Shown here: positions 58,576-64,000 of the stretch, one piece after another
How positions within the stretch are numbered: the stretch's first letter is position 1
Layout: each line of letters opens with the position of its first letter
Assembly (NCBI GenBank): GCA_002428685.1
Contig: DIXL01000034.1
Location: forward strand, 49 to 64,048
Origin: Cloacimonetes bacterium UBA6081
GTDB lineage: Bacteria > Cloacimonadota > Cloacimonadia > Cloacimonadales > Cloacimonadaceae
Length of the DNA: 64,000 nucleotides
Reading direction: 5' to 3'
Position numbers and translations under genes: made by a program
Notes under the pieces: generated by a model
What the model was told of the DNA's origin: nothing
What the model saw: only the letters and a program-made list of their open reading frames with translations
The model's database searches: none

Positions 58576-59163
58576 TTATTCTTGATTAAAGATAAATCCG
58601 AAACCACTAAAGGCAAGGATCAACACAGCCATGGCCACATAGTAAACGGAACCAATGCTTGTTACGGTGCTATCTATTCTGCTCATTAAAATACCGGGCA
58701 AAGCAGCAGATAGGACAAATAGCATATAACCGATAATCCGTTTATTGGTGTCCTGACCTTTGAAATTAATCAGGTAAACTGCCAAGAGCATCAAAGCGAT
58801 AAAAACCAGGCTTGAACCAAGCATAATTCCAATGGCAGCACCAAGGCTAAGTGACGCAGGAAGGGTTATAACACTGGTTCGAATTGCAATAAACACCGGA
58901 ATAATTAAAGCCAGGGCAATTAGTACGTAACCAGCGATTTTTTTTAACAGGGGCGAAGAATCTTTGGTAATCTCAAAGTGATGCTGACGCTTGCGCATCA
59001 TGAAATACATCACTGCCACCACGGCCAAAAAGAAAGCTGCATAGGCTAAAATCATCAGCGGTTGCTGCGTAATCATTCCCATCAGGGACAAGGCCCCGAT
59101 AAACAGAATCAGAGTTATTATCTGTCTGATCTTGAACATCGTATCGGACATGGAAACCTCCAT
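58576..59163 (-). CDS. polytopic membrane protein, unknown function
   Basis: 195 aa with 5-6 hydrophobic helices. No family recognised. Confidence 0.55.
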   Translation of the reverse strand: MEVSMSDTMFKIRQIITLILFIGALSLMGMITQQPLMILAYAAFFLAVVAVMYFMMRKRQHHFEITKDSSPLLKKIAGYVLIALALIIPVFIAIRTSVITLPASLSLGAAIGIMLGSSLVFIALMLLAVYLINFKGQDTNKRIIGYMLFVLSAALPGILMSRIDSTVTSIGSVYYVAMAVLILAFSGFGFIFNQE

Positions 59164-59166
59164 GGT

Positions 59167-59616
59167 TTATTCTTGTTCTTGCTCTATAACTATATTTAAG
59201 GTAGTCTGAATTTCCTTATGCAAACGTACCGGCACGGCAATTTCGCCAAGCTCTTTATAATGTTTGTCCATTTGCAAAGCACTTTTGTGCAGGGTTATAC
59301 CCTGTTCGGCAATTGCATGAACAATATCATTTTCAGAGACAGAGCCAAACATGTTTCCATGTTCATCCACCTTACGCATGAAGACCAATTTAATGGCAGC
59401 TATTTTTTCGGCAAGGATTTTTAGCTCTGCCAGCATCTTTTGTTCTTCATCTGCCATTTTGTTCTGGATTGCGCCAAGCATTTTCATGTTGGCAGGAGTT
59501 GCGTAGATTGCTAATCCACGGGGAGTTAAGTAGTTTCTGGCAAACCCGCGTTTGACGTTTATAACTTCGCCTTGCTTGCCAACTTTTTCTATGTTTTTCA
59601 GCATAATGATTTTCAT
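59167..59616 (-). CDS. rplI: 50S ribosomal protein L9
   Basis: MKIIMLKNIEKVGKQGEVINVKRGFARNYL is the conserved L9 N-terminus. Confidence 0.92.
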   Translation of the reverse strand: MKIIMLKNIEKVGKQGEVINVKRGFARNYLTPRGLAIYATPANMKMLGAIQNKMADEEQKMLAELKILAEKIAAIKLVFMRKVDEHGNMFGSVSENDIVHAIAEQGITLHKSALQMDKHYKELGEIAVPVRLHKEIQTTLNIVIEQEQE

Positions 59617-60449
59617 GCTGTTGTTCCTCCAGGAATTGAATTTTGTTTACTCAGCCACATGTCTGCAAAGCCGATCAGGACAAGCAGAACATTGGCATAC
59701 AGGGTGATTATGATCATAAAAATGCTCAGGACAAAGCGGTTTGCAAAGATCAGTTTCATTTTCTGAGTAAGCACCGCAACACCCTGTAACAGCGGAATCA
59801 TACATAACGCGATGAGCGCATTTACAAAGAGCATTTTTGTGGGTTGAACTAAATATAGGGGAATAATGCCAATAATCAAAAGATTATACAAGCCCGGAAA
59901 ACGCATGTTCTGCAAGGTGTTTGGAATGTGCAACAGCTTTTGAAAGATTGCATAACCTATAAGCAATGCTAATCCCTGAGACACAATCCACACAGCAGGC
60001 ATAACTGATTTCCACAATGGCATTGTTTGTTCAATTGCGGCATTATCCATCAGTTGCGGCAATTGCTGCTTCATTGCTAACATCCCCCGGTCAAACACCT
60101 GATTGTGGTAATCTCCAAATAGGTAAGCACGTCCCAGGCCATAAGCCACTATCACGATAAAGGATATCATGAAAGCTTCGCTTAACACATGGTTGCGCTT
60201 TAAAACACTTAGAAATACACCAGTGGTAAGCCCCACTCCAGCTATAGCATCCAAAGCCATAAGCCGGGTGGAAATATCCGTATCCATAAATAGCATTATG
60301 GCAGGAACCGCAAAGAACAGCATAATCGCCTGAACAGGCTTTATCAAACTGACTCCAATTGTCCGTGCCATAAAAACAAACAGCAGGATTAACCCCATAA
60401 ATGGGCTTAACATGCTTAGGGCACCAATAATCAGGGGATAAAGCAGCAT
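59613..60449 (-). CDS. DUF2232 (YybS-like) membrane protein
   Basis: Polytopic membrane protein sitting between rpsR and rplI, the conserved position of yybS in many genomes. Confidence 0.5.
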   Translation of the reverse strand: MLLYPLIIGALSMLSPFMGLILLFVFMARTIGVSLIKPVQAIMLFFAVPAIMLFMDTDISTRLMALDAIAGVGLTTGVFLSVLKRNHVLSEAFMISFIVIVAYGLGRAYLFGDYHNQVFDRGMLAMKQQLPQLMDNAAIEQTMPLWKSVMPAVWIVSQGLALLIGYAIFQKLLHIPNTLQNMRFPGLYNLLIIGIIPLYLVQPTKMLFVNALIALCMIPLLQGVAVLTQKMKLIFANRFVLSIFMIIITLYANVLLVLIGFADMWLSKQNSIPGGTTA

Positions 60450-60450
60450 G

Positions 60451-60687
60451 CTACTCTATAACGTAGGCAATCAAGGCCATCTGACGAGCGCGCTTGATTT
60501 CGGCAGTAAGCTTGCGTTGATGCTTTGCGCAGGTTCCGGTAAGGCGTCCGGCTTCAATTTTGCCTACATCGGAAGTGAATTGGCGCATAATATCCAGGTT
60601 CTTGTAATCAATCTGGATTTCCTTGTTGGCGCAGAACTTACAATATTTCTTGCGAGTGAATTTCTTTTTTCTGTCGGTCATATTCAT
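60451..60687 (-). CDS. rpsR: 30S ribosomal protein S18
   Basis: CKFC...IDYKN...L..F......I...R.TG.CAKHQR.L...IKRAR..AL pattern. Confidence 0.92.
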   Translation of the reverse strand: MNMTDRKKKFTRKKYCKFCANKEIQIDYKNLDIMRQFTSDVGKIEAGRLTGTCAKHQRKLTAEIKRARQMALIAYVIE

Positions 60688-60701
60688 AATAGTTTCATCT
60701 C

Positions 60702-61142
60702 CTAAAAGGGAACATCGTCGCTGGTGGCATTGTGAGGTGCGCTTTCTTCGGGAGGAAGCGGAACATCTTCATCTGGAGCAGCTCCACCTTCACGTGGTTT
60801 CCATTCCAGGGTTTGAATCATTTCCACTACAACTTCGGTGGTTTTGCGGTTTACGTTGTTGTTATCTGTCCAATTGCGGGTGTCGATACGACCTTCCACA
60901 ATTACAGCACTACCTTTGTGAGCCTGATTGGCCACAAATTCTGCCCATTTGCTCCAGGCAACACATTCAATCCAGCTTGTTACTTTCTGCCACTGATCTG
61001 ACTCGTCCTTGTAATTGCGGTCATTGGCAATAGTGAAACGCACAACCGGAGTTCCCTTCGGAGTGTATTTCAGCTCGATGTCGTTGGCGATTCTACCACT
61101 AACGATGAAGTGGTTTAGACGCGGAAGCTTCAAATCGGCCAT
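60702..61142 (-). CDS. ssb: single-stranded DNA-binding protein
   Basis: The ATG at 61142 follows AAGGAGGA. OB fold ([31 protein letters not shown]) and acidic tail ending DDVPF. Confidence 0.9.
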   Translation of the reverse strand: MADLKLPRLNHFIVSGRIANDIELKYTPKGTPVVRFTIANDRNYKDESDQWQKVTSWIECVAWSKWAEFVANQAHKGSAVIVEGRIDTRNWTDNNNVNRKTTEVVVEMIQTLEWKPREGGAAPDEDVPLPPEESAPHNATSDDVPF

Positions 61143-61155
61143 AGTATCCTCCTTA

Positions 61156-61440
61156 TCAGCGTGCCACAAACATGTGGCGCAGGATGTTTTCGTTGATGTT
61201 GAACAAGCGTTTCAGGGGTTTTACGGCCTGAGTGTCCAGCTTGAAATAATTCACGTAGTAGTAAGCGTCCTGAACTTTTTCTATTGAGTAAGCAAGCATG
61301 CGCTTTCCCCAGGGATCGGTCTTGATGATTTCGCCACCGTTTTCCCGCAACAGGGTCAATATGCTTTCGTTCAAGCTATTGGCTTCATCGGCGTTTAAAC
61401 GAGGGTTTAGGATCACCATCAGTTCATAATCCTTTGTCAT
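61156..61440 (-). CDS. rpsF: 30S ribosomal protein S6
   Basis: YELMVILNP......W G KRMLAYSI pattern; first gene of the rpsF-ssb-rpsR cluster. Confidence 0.92.
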   Translation of the reverse strand: MTKDYELMVILNPRLNADEANSLNESILTLLRENGGEIIKTDPWGKRMLAYSIEKVQDAYYYVNYFKLDTQAVKPLKRLFNINENILRHMFVAR

Positions 61441-62036
61441 TATTTTTCCTCCTTTGGACTAATGATTCCGCCACTAATAGCAGCGGAATAGGATTTTTTC
61501 CATATACTATATTCATTCAACACTTGGTTGAAATCATATTTAATAAAGGTGTCAACAAACTTGGCCGCAAGGGCAATTACTGGCCTCAGCCGGTCAATTT
61601 CATCATCACCAAATTCACTTAGGACATAATCAGCCATTGGCTCATTTGCGTTTTTGCCAATGCCAATGCGAATCCTCTTTAGCTGATCTGGAGCTAAAAC
61701 CGTAAACAATGATGCAACTCCATTATGGCCGCCATCACCGCCTCCGGCTCTTATCCTTATTTGGGCAGGTTCCAATTCCACATCGTCATAAATCACCAGC
61801 GTCTCCCCTATCTTCCACTTCTGCATTGCTTCTTTCAAAGCCGTTCCAGAGCGGTTCATATAGGTTAAGGGCTTAATCAGCACCGTTGAGCGGGTGGCAA
61901 TGTAATCAAAGTCTTTGGCCTTTGCCCAGTTCTTATCATGCTCAGCAGCCCAGCGATCCAAACACATAAACCCAACATTGTGGCGGGTTTTTTCGTATTC
62001 ACCCGTGGGATTGCCAAGCCCGATAACCAGCTTCAT
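61440..62036 (-). CDS. pth: peptidyl-tRNA hydrolase
   Basis: MKLVIGLGNPTGEYEKTRHNVGF and GGHNG motifs. Confidence 0.92.
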   Translation of the reverse strand: MKLVIGLGNPTGEYEKTRHNVGFMCLDRWAAEHDKNWAKAKDFDYIATRSTVLIKPLTYMNRSGTALKEAMQKWKIGETLVIYDDVELEPAQIRIRAGGGDGGHNGVASLFTVLAPDQLKRIRIGIGKNANEPMADYVLSEFGDDEIDRLRPVIALAAKFVDTFIKYDFNQVLNEYSIWKKSYSAAISGGIISPKEEK

Positions 62037-62048
62037 GCAATAGAGTCT

Positions 62049-62645
62049 TTAGGCTTCGGTGGGAGTCTCGGCAGCAGCAGCTTCTACAGGGGCTTCTTTC
62101 TTCTTGGGATGCACTACCACAAGCGCGATATCAGCATGGTCTTTCACGGTCCAGTTTCCCTTGGGTAAGTCTCTGACATGCAAAGAATCACCAACTTTCA
62201 GCTCGCTTACGTTAAGCTCCAAATCATCGGGGATATCAGTAGCTTTGCAGTTAATTTTAACATGTCGCTGCAAAACGTCCATCATTCCGCCTTCTTTCAG
62301 CCCGATTGCTTCACCCACATATTTAATTGGGATTTCCAATTCCATTAAATCATCTTTGGAAACTATCAAAAAATCAGCGTGTAAAAAACCGCGGGTAACA
62401 GGATGTATCTGCTTGGCTTTCAGGATTGTGTGGTATTTTTTACCATCTACTTCAATTTCCCAGAAGCTAAGTTCGGCAAAGCTCTTTTTATACAATTGAG
62501 TAAACTCGGCCTTATTCAGGGTTATGGATAAGCTTTCCATCTTTGGGCCGTAAATTACGGCAGGGATGCTTCCACCGGCTCTTAGGGTGGTCAGGTCTGA
62601 TTTTCTCACCGTGTGTCTTGGCGTGGCATTAAGAGTAAATATCAT
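62049..62645 (-). CDS. rplY: 50S ribosomal protein L25 / general stress protein Ctc
   Basis: R...GK....LR..G.IPAVIYG N-terminus and a two-domain Ctc length (198 aa). Confidence 0.88.
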   Translation of the reverse strand: MIFTLNATPRHTVRKSDLTTLRAGGSIPAVIYGPKMESLSITLNKAEFTQLYKKSFAELSFWEIEVDGKKYHTILKAKQIHPVTRGFLHADFLIVSKDDLMELEIPIKYVGEAIGLKEGGMMDVLQRHVKINCKATDIPDDLELNVSELKVGDSLHVRDLPKGNWTVKDHADIALVVVHPKKKEAPVEAAAAETPTEA

Positions 62646-62667
62646 TTATACCTCCATCTCTTATATA

Positions 62668-63615
62668 CTATCTAAATAAAATACTTATTGATTCTTCAAT
62701 GTGAATCTTCTTTATCGCAATCGCCAGCATTTCTGCAATGGACAACTGCACAATTTTGTTACATTTTTGCTTTTCTTCATCCAAGGCAATGGTATTGGTA
62801 ATAAACAGCTTTTCAATCGGCGATGCCTGCAAATTATCCACTGCATCACCGCTTAAAACGCCATGCGTGCAAGCGGCAAATATTTTCTTTGCCCCTTGAT
62901 CCTGTAAGGCTTTGGCCACTTTTATCAAACTACCGCCGGTGTCAATAATATCATCGAACAATATGGCTGTTTTGCCACAAACATCACCGATAATATTTAA
63001 CAATTCTGATTTATCATCATTTCCGCTACGGCGTTTATCACCAATGGCCAGGGAGCAATTCAAGCGTTTTGCCAAAGCCCGGGCTCGGTTTGCACCGCCT
63101 GAATCGGGTGACACCACCACTATATCTTCCATCTGCATAATGCTTTTAAAATAGCGGGCAAAACTGGGGATTGAAAACAGGTGATCAACCGGTATATTAA
63201 AAAACCCCTGAATCTGCTCGGCATGCAAATCCACCGTTATTACCCTGTCTGCACCTGCCACCGTAATCAGGTCTGCCACCAGTTTTGCCGTGATTGGCAC
63301 CCTTGGCTGATCCTTTTTATCGGAACGGGCATAGGCATAGTAAGGGATTACACAGTTTATCCGCTGAGCCGAAGCACGCTTTAAGGCATCTATGATAATC
63401 AGCAAATCCATCAAGCTATCGTTTACGGGATAACTGGTTGGCTGAATTATAAATACATCTGCTCCACGGACATTGTCATTAATCTTAACAAAGGATTCAT
63501 CGTTCGAGAATTTAAACAAATCAATATCCCCCAGAGGAATTCCCGCATGACGGGCTATTTCCTCGGCTAAGGGACGGTTGGCATTACCGGTGATCAGCTT
63601 AAGTTTCGAAAACAT
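62668..63615 (-). CDS. prs: ribose-phosphate pyrophosphokinase
   Basis: F.NDE..V.I...VRG.DVFIIQ, YYAYARSDKK and the PRPP-binding loop ILFDDIIDTGGS. Confidence 0.93.
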   Translation of the reverse strand: MFSKLKLITGNANRPLAEEIARHAGIPLGDIDLFKFSNDESFVKINDNVRGADVFIIQPTSYPVNDSLMDLLIIIDALKRASAQRINCVIPYYAYARSDKKDQPRVPITAKLVADLITVAGADRVITVDLHAEQIQGFFNIPVDHLFSIPSFARYFKSIMQMEDIVVVSPDSGGANRARALAKRLNCSLAIGDKRRSGNDDKSELLNIIGDVCGKTAILFDDIIDTGGSLIKVAKALQDQGAKKIFAACTHGVLSGDAVDNLQASPIEKLFITNTIALDEEKQKCNKIVQLSIAEMLAIAIKKIHIEESISILFR

Positions 63616-64000
63616 TATTTCTTATCTCTTTTTCCTATGTTATTGGTGCTTGCTAACTGTGTGCCGGTTTAATCTGCTTTATTTGCACACAATTAACTCT
63701 CTTTCATATAGATACGTTTTCCCTGCCTCGCACTTTATTGGCAAGTCTTACAAAGATTTTACAAGCCTGCTTTTTGTCAAAGCATATTTCGTGCAAGTTG
63801 CAGTTTCAGCTATATTAAGACCAAGAGTCATTTGCGCTTTTCCCCTGAATTATGCCTGGAGTCATAGCTTTTAAAGCAGCAGTAAATGGGGGATTTTATC
63901 CCTCATTGTTTGTTATACAGTGCCGCCGGTTCCAAACCGGCTGATACAACAGGATGCAATCCTATGTTATGAAAGGAGGGAGAGCTAAAGCAGGGTTGAT

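Noticed and set aside
63880-64000. Possible structured RNA or riboswitch at the right edge (GCCGGTT-CCAA-ACCGGC and GGAT-GCA-ATCC hairpins followed by AAAGGAGGG)
   Set aside because: I compared it by eye with SRP RNA, tmRNA, RNase P and fluoride (crcB) riboswitch cores and found no convincing match. The element is cut by the window edge and the downstream gene is not visible.

Overview
This 64-kb window is a chromosomal segment of a Gram-negative bacterium. All family calls come from motif recognition by eye; no homology search was run. T9SS-type C-terminal sorting domains (NYPNPFNPST...YNVKGQLV), TonB/ExbBD, a methylmalonyl-CoA mutase operon and clear Shine-Dalgarno use suggest an FCB-related lineage such as Cloacimonadota, but that is inference only. 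The left edge carries the 5' end of a 16S rRNA gene on the minus strand. Most of the window is housekeeping: mutA-mutB-meaB-pgk, ftsY, trmB, dus, serC, maf, gltX, guaB, ffh, rpe, the rpsF-ssb-rpsR-rplI cluster, pth, rplY, prs and one tRNA-Gly(CCC). Envelope and secretion genes include a TonB-dependent receptor, exbB-exbD-tonB, a 1202-aa C25 peptidase with a T9SS tail and several lipoproteins. The most interesting signals are as follows. (1) A family of ~70-bp palindromic elements stays stop-free in one frame. Copies sit exactly at two ATGA-coupled gene junctions, where they are read as an N-terminal extension of the mutase large subunit and a C-terminal extension of Maf. This resembles the in-frame Rickettsia palindromic elements. 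(2) Mosaic palindromic intergenic repeats built from a few recurring words occupy the positions where intrinsic terminators would be expected. (3) A perfect 31-bp inverted repeat with nested hairpins lies upstream of the TonB-dependent receptor. (4) A decayed accessory islet at 24.5-27.5 kb holds an IS fragment, T9SS-tail remnants, a stop-interrupted FG-GAP gene, a frameshifted restriction-endonuclease-like fragment and 670 bp of repeat-rich non-coding DNA. (5) A Dna2/Nhi-like nuclease-helicase is clustered with DUF3467 and a secreted thermonuclease. (6) A partner-switching module has no sigma factor; it is flanked by an orphan solute-binding protein and a GPP34/GOLPH3-like protein. (7) A 1077-aa Gln/Met/Lys-rich coiled-coil membrane protein is paired with a TPR protein. 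No CRISPR array, intact mobile element or prophage was seen.
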